The notes beneath the pieces are model-generated. The model worked only from the letters and a program-made list of their open reading frames with translations. It searched no databases and had not been told where the DNA came from. A program made the translations under genes and the position numbers. Positions 41,001 to 48,747 of a stretch of 64,000 nt of DNA are shown here, piece by piece (position 1 is the first letter of the stretch; each line of letters begins with the position of its first letter). This DNA comes from an uncultured delta proteobacterium (GTDB lineage: Bacteria > Myxococcota > Kuafuiibacteriia > Kuafuiibacteriales > Kuafuiibacteriaceae), in contig CAWDML010000001.1 in assembly GCA_963803435.1 (NCBI GenBank), positions 96,001-160,000 of the forward strand, given 5' to 3'.

Positions 41001-41923
41001 AGTCTGGCGACCGCGAGGTCCTCGGGCTGGCGCTGGGTCGCCGGGCGGTGGCGCAGGTCTACGCCGGCCAGCTGGACGCAGCCGAGACCTCGCTGGCCGA
41101 GGCCGAGTCGACCTCCACCGAGACGCCGAACCGACTGTGGGCGATGCTGGCGAGCTGGCGAGCACAGCTCAAGACCGCCAAAGGAGATCTCGGGGGGCGA
41201 ATGACCGCGTATCGCCAGGCAGTCGATCGATTCAAGGAGGTCGGCGACATCCGGCGCGCAGCCGGCAACGAGGTCAACCTCGCGGATGCGTACAACCGAC
41301 TCGGCGAGTACGAGAAGGCGAAGGTGGCGCTCCAGAACGGACTCGAGCATTGTCGCGCGGTCGGTAACAAGCCGATGGAGGGCTACGCGCTGCTGAACCT
41401 CGGCTACGCCCACTCGATGCTGGGCGAGATCCCCGAGGCGCTGGCCGCGCTCGACCGCGCGTCGACGGTCGCGCACAAGATCCGCGAGGTACGCCTCGAC
41501 GCGATCGCCCGCGTCTACCGGGCGCGCGCACTGCTCGGCCGGGAGCGACCGGGGGAGCTGGCGACGGCGGCCGAACGGCTGGCGCTGGAGGCCGAATCCC
41601 AGCGGATCCGCCCGTTCGCGGTGACGGCGCTGGTGATCGCCGCGGAGGCGGCGCGGGCCGGCGGTGAGCTGGAGCGGGCCCGCCAGCTGGCGCTGGGTGC
41701 GCTGGCTTTGCGCGACGAGCTCGGCGGCATCGAGGAGGACGAGGCCGAGGTCTTCCTCTCGGCGGCCGCCTCGCTGGCGCTCGGGGGCGAGAACGACCAG
41801 GCGGACCTGATCCTGGCCCGGGGCCGGGCGCGGCTGATGGACGTGGCCGCCGGTATCGAAGACGAGGCCCTCCGCGCCCGATTCCTCGCCGTCGACGCCA
41901 ATGCGCGACTGATGGGGGCGTGA
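38060..41923 (+). CDS. Ser/Thr protein kinase fused to AAA (STAND-type) ATPase and TPR-like repeats
   Basis: GSGGMG, HRDLKPSN, DFG, GPPGIGKS, LEDLHWAD, GGNPLF. Confidence 0.93.
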   Translation: MAGGDRRADEGDGTAATIEPTLITGAPRATVPARTQAGPFALLHEIGSGGMGVVYRAESPDGPAAVKVLPLTSSPRLRQRFDREAKIKIQHPNVVEMLGTGVCDDGSPYIAFELLEGHSLDAILAKGPLSPDEAVRIGLAACAGLSAAHQLGVVHRDLKPSNLFVCHDGSVKILDFGIARLHLDAELTATGDVIGTPSYISPEQARGRTDVDARSDVWGLGAVLYHALSGRPPHKAQTVLATLVKVVMDDVAPLAQVMPGTPPQLAEAVDRALRRSPEERWETIDALADAIEGAELLQGNLRIPQAHSGLIATGERRVVAILLAEGVTDLGSLQRAVSARGGVVIPLVGGRAIGLFGGKTWEGDELISAAEAALACRGAAGRMAVASGRAKRAGRSISGEVLEHAEAALAANLAGVAVDPETGRSLSSVFALRERGPGVLEVFREPTLDWSSVEQETPLVGREAELAHVERALRIAFGEGRSFALLVHGPPGIGKSRLRQETVRRLRGAPAGTPIRILSGRAQPSDRRSALGLVKSAIEDRALRSEKSLASPASIDERRAAIVALTEEANLTETDRDVTSFLGELLGVPMPETVELAAAKTDPELMADRLRLAVLDFLEGLAESGPLALMLEDLHWADEASVSVLSELMTRTGDLPFLLFATARSDFLADGASLFSGADRAQIEPQPLLAEDVVRFAEGAFGVRPTEGLARRLAEHTGGNPLFVEQILIELARDGALGDDVSSLPLPLTVEAAVQSRLDHLTPMLKEITKRAAVFERPFTRDELAALDVTDARSAIDALIPRGILIAHGRRRGQGERYLRFRSAVVQNVAYGMIGEDVLVDWHRKAAVHLARIPGGDLGEIASHFERGGEKARAAEFFARAALDAARRGDSTKVLFAADRALSLGAPVETHFALYMAKNDALQFLGKRDEQEAVLDAASSAAPTMADFARVATEMVAWMSRMGRWSEALENAEAAVEAARESGDREVLGLALGRRAVAQVYAGQLDAAETSLAEAESTSTETPNRLWAMLASWRAQLKTAKGDLGGRMTAYRQAVDRFKEVGDIRRAAGNEVNLADAYNRLGEYEKAKVALQNGLEHCRAVGNKPMEGYALLNLGYAHSMLGEIPEALAALDRASTVAHKIREVRLDAIARVYRARALLGRERPGELATAAERLALEAESQRIRPFAVTALVIAAEAARAGGELERARQLALGALALRDELGGIEEDEAEVFLSAAASLALGGENDQADLILARGRARLMDVAAGIEDEALRARFLAVDANARLMGA

Positions 41924-42010
41924 ACCCTCTTCCGTATGTCCACTCGCTGAGCGGCGGGTCAGGATGCCGCGGACGGCGATCGGCCCAGTGTTGCATTCAA
42001 ACCCCGGACA

Positions 42011-43621
42011 ATGGGCGAAGGAGTTCTTCCGATGAGAATCGACGAGATCGAGCGCGCCATCAAGCAACTGGACGACGGCGGCTGCACGAACGAGCCGCTC
42101 CCCGTCGCGGTGGCGGACGCGATTCTGGAGTCGCGGATCGTCTCCGTCGATCAGCTCGCCGAGGCGACCGGTGAAGCGAACGCGGCGGCGCTTCGACTCT
42201 TCGCCGAGGTGGGACTCGCCCAGCTCGGCGTGCACATGAGCCCGGGCGACGATCTGCGCGGCCACCTCGAGCGTTTCCGCCGGGAGCAGCGCGAGGGTCA
42301 GCTGGCTCGGGTCTCTCCGGAGCCCCTCGAGCAGTGGAGCTCGGCGATGGTGCGCCGCGCGATCCAGATGCTCGGCCGGCCGCTGCTCGCCGACGCGATC
42401 CGCGAGAGCTACCTCGACGCCGCGCGCGCCGGTCTGGCCTCGGCGGACGCGATAAAGCAGCGGTTCGCCGATCTGATCGACGACGGGGTCGACATCCTCC
42501 GGGCCAAGTACCAGGGCGTAGAGGCCGCCACCACGGGTCGGGCAACCCGGGGCGGCCTGGTGTTCCTCAAGGCCCGCGTCGACGACGGCACCTACAACAT
42601 GGACCGCTACCTCGCGTGGTCCCGCGAGCAGTACCTCATCGCGATGTACGGTCGCACGGTGCGGACGAAGCTGGCGGTGGATCTGGCGGCCGACGTCGAC
42701 CTCGAGTCGGTCACCGAGGACGACATGGCCCGCGGGCGGGTCCGAGATCTCCTCATCGATCCCAAGCACATCTGGCCCGAGGATCTCCCGCTGATCGACG
42801 AAGCCACGGCGCGCGGGCTGATCTCCAAGGTCGAGCGCGACGAGGCCCTGCGCGCCGCCATGTTCCATCAGTTCGAGCAGGGCGCCGCCGGCAATCCGAT
42901 CGCGGTCGAGCTCGAGCTGGCGCTCGGCTTCCTGGAGTGGTCGCAACCCTCCTTGCGCGAAGCACGCCGGCGCGGTGTCGAGCTCGAGCTGCGCCTGCTC
43001 CGAGAAGGTCGCAAGATCTCGGCCGAGCAGATGGAGTACCTCGAGGCTTCGGTGGTCCGCGGCCTCCTCTCCCGCGAGGAGCTCGATCCGATCCGGACGG
43101 CCGTCTACCTCGAGCTGCGCTACGGGCCGGCGGCACGCCCCGAAGCCGCCGAGCTGCTGCGAGGCTACTCGAACGACGCCGTCTGGCTCGAGCGACTCCC
43201 GACCGAGAAGCCGTGCTGGGTCGGAGACGTGGATCTCGGCACTCGCCTCCGCGGCATGCTCGGCGCTCAGGCCACGGCGTTTCGCGCGGTGGCCGAGGCG
43301 ATCATCGATTGGCTCCCCCTCGCCGCGGAGCCCGGCGAGGCGCTGCCCGCGTTCGACCGGCTGGTCGCCGCGTTCGAAGCGCCCGACACCCCCAACCCGC
43401 ACCGCGCCCTCGAGAGCCTCCGCACGCTCCCGGTCGAGGTGGTGCGGATCGGCTTGGCGCGCGCGCGCCCAATCCTGCGCGACCTCCCGCCGCCGTCTCA
43501 CCCGCTGCCGCCGAGGATCGAGCGACCGGCACGGCTCGTGCGGCGGTCGCAGTCCTGGCCGCGGCCGCGGATCGAGCGGCGGCTGGTGCCGCGGAGCCCG
43601 TCGGTCGAGGGTCGCTCGTAA
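42011..43621 (+). CDS. hypothetical alpha-helical protein
   Basis: 536-aa ORF with GC3-rich codon usage; no recognised motif. Confidence 0.7.
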   Translation: MGEGVLPMRIDEIERAIKQLDDGGCTNEPLPVAVADAILESRIVSVDQLAEATGEANAAALRLFAEVGLAQLGVHMSPGDDLRGHLERFRREQREGQLARVSPEPLEQWSSAMVRRAIQMLGRPLLADAIRESYLDAARAGLASADAIKQRFADLIDDGVDILRAKYQGVEAATTGRATRGGLVFLKARVDDGTYNMDRYLAWSREQYLIAMYGRTVRTKLAVDLAADVDLESVTEDDMARGRVRDLLIDPKHIWPEDLPLIDEATARGLISKVERDEALRAAMFHQFEQGAAGNPIAVELELALGFLEWSQPSLREARRRGVELELRLLREGRKISAEQMEYLEASVVRGLLSREELDPIRTAVYLELRYGPAARPEAAELLRGYSNDAVWLERLPTEKPCWVGDVDLGTRLRGMLGAQATAFRAVAEAIIDWLPLAAEPGEALPAFDRLVAAFEAPDTPNPHRALESLRTLPVEVVRIGLARARPILRDLPPPSHPLPPRIERPARLVRRSQSWPRPRIERRLVPRSPSVEGRS

Positions 43622-43637
43622 CCTGGGCGCGACCGTC

Positions 43638-44150
43638 TCAGCGGGGGAACACCAACGCGTAGACGGAGCGATCGCCGGTCAGCTCGGGGTGAAAGGTCGC
43701 GGCCGTCATTCCGGCCTGGCGCACCATGATCGGCTCGCCGGCGAGCGTGTCGAGGGTCTCGACGCGGGGGCCGGCGCGGCGGATCCGCGGGGCCCGGATG
43801 AAGATCAGCGGGCGCCCGCCGTCGGAGGTCGTCTCGAACGACTCGATCTGCGCGCCGTACGCGTTCCGCTCGACGGAGACGTCGAGGAGCTCGTAGCGCG
43901 CGAGCAGGATCAGGCCCGCGCAGGTGGCGAGCACCGGACGGGAGGCGAGCGCGTCGTGCAGGGCGGGCTCGAGGCCGGCGCGCGCGATCAGCTTGGCCTG
44001 GGCGGTGCTCTCCCCTCCGCACAGGATCAGGCCTTCGCTCCGGTCGAGCGCATCGCGATCCCGCACCTCGATCGGCTCGTGACCAACCGCGGCGAGGGCT
44101 GCCAGGTGCGGGCGAAAGCCGCCTTGCAGTGCGAGCACTCCGATCCGCAT
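43638..44150 (-). CDS. pdxT: PLP synthase glutaminase subunit
   Basis: IGVLALQG, GGEST, TCAGLILLA, RNAYG.Q..SF, FHPEL. Confidence 0.93.
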   Translation of the reverse strand: MRIGVLALQGGFRPHLAALAAVGHEPIEVRDRDALDRSEGLILCGGESTAQAKLIARAGLEPALHDALASRPVLATCAGLILLARYELLDVSVERNAYGAQIESFETTSDGGRPLIFIRAPRIRRAGPRVETLDTLAGEPIMVRQAGMTAATFHPELTGDRSVYALVFPR

Positions 44151-45029
44151 CACCAACCTCGGATCGCGAACCGCTCCTCGGGAGCGATCTCCGAGAGCGC
44201 GACGCTCGGCATCGCTCGACCGAGCCCGCGGGACAGCTCGACGAGGCGCTTCGGCTCACGCCAGTGGGTGGTCGCGCCGACGATCGCCCGGGCGCGCGCC
44301 GGCGGATCCTCGGAGAGGAAGATGCCGCTGCCGACGAAGACCGACTCTGCGCCGAGGGCCATGCACAGCGCGGCGTCGGCGGGCGTGGCGATCCCGCCGG
44401 CGGCGAAGTTCGGCACCGGGAGGCGCCCCTCGCCGGCCACGCGACGCACCAGCTCGATCGGCGCGCCCAGCAGCTTGGCCTCGGCGAACAGCTCGTCCTC
44501 CTCGAGGACGCCCAGCCGGCGGATCTGCGCCCGCATCTTTCGCAGGTGGCGGACCGCCTCCACCACGTTGCCCGTGCCGGCCTCGCCCTTGGTCCGGATC
44601 ATCGACGCACCCTCTGCCGATCCGGCGGAGCGCCTCACCGAGATCGACCGCGCCGCAGACGAAGGGCACCGCGAAGGCGTGTTTGTCGACGTGGTGCTCC
44701 TCGTCCGCCGGGGTGAGCACCTCGCTCTCGTCGATGAAGTCCACCTCGAGCGCCTCCAGGATGCGCGCCTCCATGAAGTGTCCGATCCGGCACTTCGCCA
44801 TCACCGGGATGGAGACGGCATGCTTGATGGCCTCGATCTTCCCCGGGTCGGCCGCGCGCGCGACCCCGCCCTCCTTGCGGATCTGCGCCGGGACCCGCTC
44901 GAGCGCCATCACCGCGACCGCGCCTGCGTCCTCCGCGATGCGCGCCTGCTCGGCGTCGATCACGTCCATGATCGCGCCGCCGGCGAGCATCTCGGCCAGC
45001 CCTACCTTCGTCTTGTTCGTCGCTTTCAT
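44150..45029 (-). CDS. pdxS: PLP synthase lyase subunit; +1 frameshift at ~44617
   Basis: [25 protein letters not shown] then [32 protein letters not shown] in the shifted frame. Confidence 0.92.
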
Positions 45030-46556
45030 CAGATCACCTCCAGCGCCGGTCTTCCCGGCGCGCGTGCCTTGCTCTCGGACAGAAGCGCGTCGAGCGCGCG
45101 TCCCAGGCGCTTCGCGCCCTCCTGGATCCTCCGCGGCGGCTCGGCGCAGAACGTGAGTCGCAGCCCTCCGGCCGCCCCGCCACCGTGACCGGAGATCGCG
45201 TTGAGGGTGCTGGGTGCGACCAGCACGCCCTCGCGCTCCGCAGCCTCGAAGGCGGCACCGGGCGGGATGTCGTCGGGGAGCTGGATGAACAGCGCAAGGC
45301 CGGCGCGCGGCGGATGAAACGAGACCTCGCGAGGGAGGTGCTTCTCCAGCGCAGTCGCCAGCGCATCGCGCCTCCGCCGGTACTCGGCGCGCACGCGCTC
45401 GAGATGCGCGGGCAGATAGCCGCGCTCCAGGAACTCGGCGAGCGCGTACTGCAGCAGCGCCGACGTGCCCAGATCCATCGTGTGCTTGAGCGAGGTGAAG
45501 CGCGGTCCGACCGCCTCGGGGTGGAGCAGGTAGCCCACGCGGAGCGCCGGGATCAGCTTCTTCGAGAAGCTGCCCACGTGGAGGACCTCGCCATCGAGCG
45601 AGCGGAGCGTGGCGGGTTGTGGTGCGTCGTCGAGCCAGAGATCCGTGACGTACGCGTCCTCGATCAGCGGCACGCCCGCTCGCCGGGACCAGCCGATCAG
45701 CGCACGCCGCCGCCCGATCGAGATGGTGCCTCCCGTCGGGTTCTGCGCGTCCGGCATGAGGTAGAGCGCCTTGGCCCCGGCCCGCGAGAGCCGCTCGAGC
45801 GCCGCCGGATCCGGACCCTCGAGGTCGCTCGGGACGCCCACCAGCCTCGCGCCCGCCGCGGTGAAGACGTTGAGCGCGCCCGAATACGTGGCCGCGTCGG
45901 CGAGCACGGTCTCCTCCGGATTCACCAGACCCCGTGCGATGACGTCGATCGCCTGCTGGCTGCCGGTGGTCACGAGGATCTCCTCGGCCCGCGCCGGCAC
46001 GCCCTGCCGCATCAGGTCGGCTGCGATCGCCTCCCGCAACCGAGATACGCCCTCGCGCGGCGAGTAACCGAGCGCGCGCGCCTCGATCGTTTGAAGCACG
46101 TGCGTCATGCACCGCCGGAAGAGCTCGACCGGGAGCAGGTCTGCAGGCGGCTGCATCCGCGTGAGGTTGATACCGTCGCGACCGCTGGTCCTTCGCGTCA
46201 GCCGATTCGAGCCGGGTCAGCGGCTCGGCGTCCGCCGCCCGCGACATCAGCGACGACCACGGGATCCCGCCGTGCTCCGCTTCGGGCGACGCCGGCGCCG
46301 GCCGCGCCGAGTGTGCGCGGACGAAGGTGCCGCGTCCGACCGTGGACTCGATGAACCCGCCCTCCTCGAGGGCCTCGTACGCCCGCACCACCGTGTTGCG
46401 ATGAACGCCGAGTCGATCGGCGAGCGCGCGTGAGGGCGGCAGTCGGAAGCCCGTGGAGAACGCACCGTTTTTGATGCGCTCGACCACCTGATCGAAGATC
46501 TGCTGGTAGAAGGGGCCGCCGCCGGCCCGAAGCTCGATCGCGAGAGATTGGTCCAT
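45029..46556 (-). CDS. MocR/GabR-family PLP-dependent regulator (PdxR-like); frameshift near 46190
   Basis: GntR HTH ([21 protein letters not shown]), aminotransferase domain (TTGSQQA, QNPTG, SFSK...PALRVG); directly upstream of pdxST. Confidence 0.88.
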
Positions 46557-46656
46557 TTGGTCTACCTCATTGCCCGGTCGAGCGTGAGGATAGCAGCCTC
46601 AGCTGCCGGTTGAAGAGCTAAGCCTCAAAATTGGACCGTACCAAACAGACCAAATG
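46547..46656. promoter_or_regulatory. putative PdxR/MocR operator repeats
   Basis: perfect 10-bp inverted repeat CATTTGGTCT (46554-46563)/AGACCAAATG (46647-46656) plus further TTGG(T/A)CC and ACCAAA copies. Confidence 0.5.
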
Positions 46657-46722
46657 AGGCTCAAAGGAGGATCCAACCCCGATTCGTAACTCGGGCAGCT
46701 GGTGCCGCATACTCTCGGGCAG

Positions 46723-47211
46723 ATGCGATCGGCCCTCCTCTTCGTCCTCCTCGCCGCCTGCACCACCTCGAGCGGACCCAAGGCCGAGCCGACGGCGACC
46801 TATCCCGTCCAGAAGTCGGACGCCGAGTGGAAGGAGGCGCTCACGCCCGAGGCCTATCACGTGCTCCGCGAGGCCGGCACGGAGCGGGCCTTCAGCGGCA
46901 AGTACTGGAACCATCACGAAGAGGGCGTGTACGTGTGCGCGGCCTGCCGCCAGAAGCTCTTCGACTCGAAGACCAAGTTCGAGAGCGGAACCGGATGGCC
47001 GAGCTTCTACGAGCCCATCGATCCCAAGGCGGTCGAGGAACGATCCGACACCAGCTTGATGATGACCCGCACCGAGGTCCGCTGCAGCCGCTGCGGCGGG
47101 CACCTCGGTCACGTGTTCGACGACGGCCCCAAGCCGACGGGCCTTCGCTACTGCATCAACTCGGGTGCCCTCCTCTTCGAGCCGCGAGACCGCCAGCAGG
47201 GAGCGAACTAG
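46723..47211 (+). CDS. msrB: peptide methionine-R-sulfoxide reductase with lipoprotein signal
   Basis: GTERAF, C..C, KFESGTGWPSF, HLGHVFDDGP.PTGLRYCINS; lipobox LLAAC. Confidence 0.95.
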   Translation: MRSALLFVLLAACTTSSGPKAEPTATYPVQKSDAEWKEALTPEAYHVLREAGTERAFSGKYWNHHEEGVYVCAACRQKLFDSKTKFESGTGWPSFYEPIDPKAVEERSDTSLMMTRTEVRCSRCGGHLGHVFDDGPKPTGLRYCINSGALLFEPRDRQQGAN

Positions 47212-47235
47212 GAGACTTGCTCGGCTCGCCGCTTA

Positions 47236-47395
47236 GAGCCGGTCCGAAACCTCCGGACCGTTCCGCGTTTCCTGTTTCGCTCGTTCTGCTCATTCGCTAT
47301 TCAAAGCGGCCGTTGTTGCATCGTGCTCGATCGAACAGCGAATGACAGAACGCCGAAACAGCAAACTGCGAACGGAACGGTTTCTGGACCGGCTC
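47236..47395. mobile_element. 160-bp MITE-like palindromic element with TTA target duplication
   Basis: TIR GAGCCGGTCC/GGACCGGCTC, flanked by TTA (47233-47235, 47396-47398); arms imperfectly complementary over much of the length. Confidence 0.75.
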
Positions 47396-48703
47396 TTAGC
47401 GACCAGCTGTCCCTGTCGACCAGACGGCGCCGGCGCCGGTGTAGATGACCACGTTGCCGTCGTCCTGGATCGCCAGCGTGCCGGCGCCGCGGCCGCTGGT
47501 TCCGCTCGACCAGAGCGGGACGCCGCCGGGGGCGTAGAGCACCAGGTTGCCGTCGCCCTGCATCGCGAGCACCTGGCTGGCGCGACCGCTCGTGCGCGAG
47601 TCCCAGAGCGGTTGCGCGTTGCGGTGGTTGTAGAGCACCACGTTGCCGTCGCCCTGGTGCGCGAAGAGGTAGCGGCCGTTGCAGGACCAGATCGCCTGGT
47701 TCACGCCCAGGCCGGCGTCCGTCCCCAGGGAGCCGCATCCGGGCGTGCCCGCGTTCGAGGTGTCGGTGGACCAGACCGCCCGGAGCCCGGCGGCGTAGAC
47801 GACCAGATTGCCGTCATCTTGCACCACCGCCACAGCGTTGTTCTGCCCGCTGGTGTTGCTCGACCAGAGCGGAGTACCGGCGGCCGAGTAGAGCACCAGG
47901 TTTCCGTCGCCCTGGATGATCAGCGCGGCGGTGGCCTGCCCGTAGGTGCCGGTGGACCAGACCGGTGCGCCCGAGGCCGCGTTGTAGAGGACCACGTTCC
48001 CGTCGGTCTGATGTTGAAGCGTGTAGGCGCCGTTGCACGCGGGCATGGACTGTCCGGCGGCGAGAACCTCGTTCGGTCCGAAGATGCCGCACCCATGCTG
48101 GGGCGCCGTGGGCGGAGTCGACGGCGGCGGGGGCGGCGGCGGCGGCGCCGCCGAGCACGCGGTCGGGCTGGTGGCCACCAGCAGCTGGAAGGGATTGATG
48201 TCGTTGTAGTAGCCGCCGTCGGGAGAGACGTTGAAGTGAACGTGCACGCCGGACGTGCCCGAGTTGCCCATGGACCCGATCAGCTGTCCCGCGTGGACGG
48301 ACTGGCCCGATTGGACGGACGCCCCGTCGAGATGGCCGTAGTAGTACTCCCAGCCACATCGATCCCTCAGGCGTACCCGGAGCCCCGAGGTCGAACTCGG
48401 GACACCGACCGCGACGATCGTCCCGTCCGCCACCGCGACCAGCGGCGCGCCACGCCGGGCGAACACGTCGACGCCGTGGTGCGCACCGCCCCAATCCGAG
48501 TTCGCGTGGACGTCGGGACACGAGACCTGACAGGTCCCCGTGCCGCACGACGCGGCGTCGTAGCCGATGTTGTGCGGCTCGGCGACCGGAAACACCGACA
48601 TCTGAGGCCCACACGTGACGGCATCGGACAACGTCGTAGTCGGGTCTTCAGGTCCACCGCAGGCCGCGATCGAGAGTGAGCAGAGGAGCAGCGTGCATCG
48701 CAT
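47396..48703 (-). CDS. M23 peptidoglycan peptidase fused to two bulb-type (B) lectin domains, lipoprotein
   Basis: HHGVD and HVH zinc motifs, YYYGHL; Pro linker; six QxDGNxVxY repeats. Confidence 0.88.
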   Translation of the reverse strand: MRCTLLLCSLSIAACGGPEDPTTTLSDAVTCGPQMSVFPVAEPHNIGYDAASCGTGTCQVSCPDVHANSDWGGAHHGVDVFARRGAPLVAVADGTIVAVGVPSSTSGLRVRLRDRCGWEYYYGHLDGASVQSGQSVHAGQLIGSMGNSGTSGVHVHFNVSPDGGYYNDINPFQLLVATSPTACSAAPPPPPPPPSTPPTAPQHGCGIFGPNEVLAAGQSMPACNGAYTLQHQTDGNVVLYNAASGAPVWSTGTYGQATAALIIQGDGNLVLYSAAGTPLWSSNTSGQNNAVAVVQDDGNLVVYAAGLRAVWSTDTSNAGTPGCGSLGTDAGLGVNQAIWSCNGRYLFAHQGDGNVVLYNHRNAQPLWDSRTSGRASQVLAMQGDGNLVLYAPGGVPLWSSGTSGRGAGTLAIQDDGNVVIYTGAGAVWSTGTAGR

Positions 48704-48747
48704 CGTGCCGTCGTACTCCGCCTCCGGGACATCCCTCCGGTTAATCT

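Noticed and set aside
40295-43501. Very long antisense/alternate-frame ORFs (e.g. 40295..43501, 12407..15127, 4144..6309, 25195..27345)
   Set aside because: Shadow ORFs expected in high-GC DNA opposite well-supported genes; no motifs
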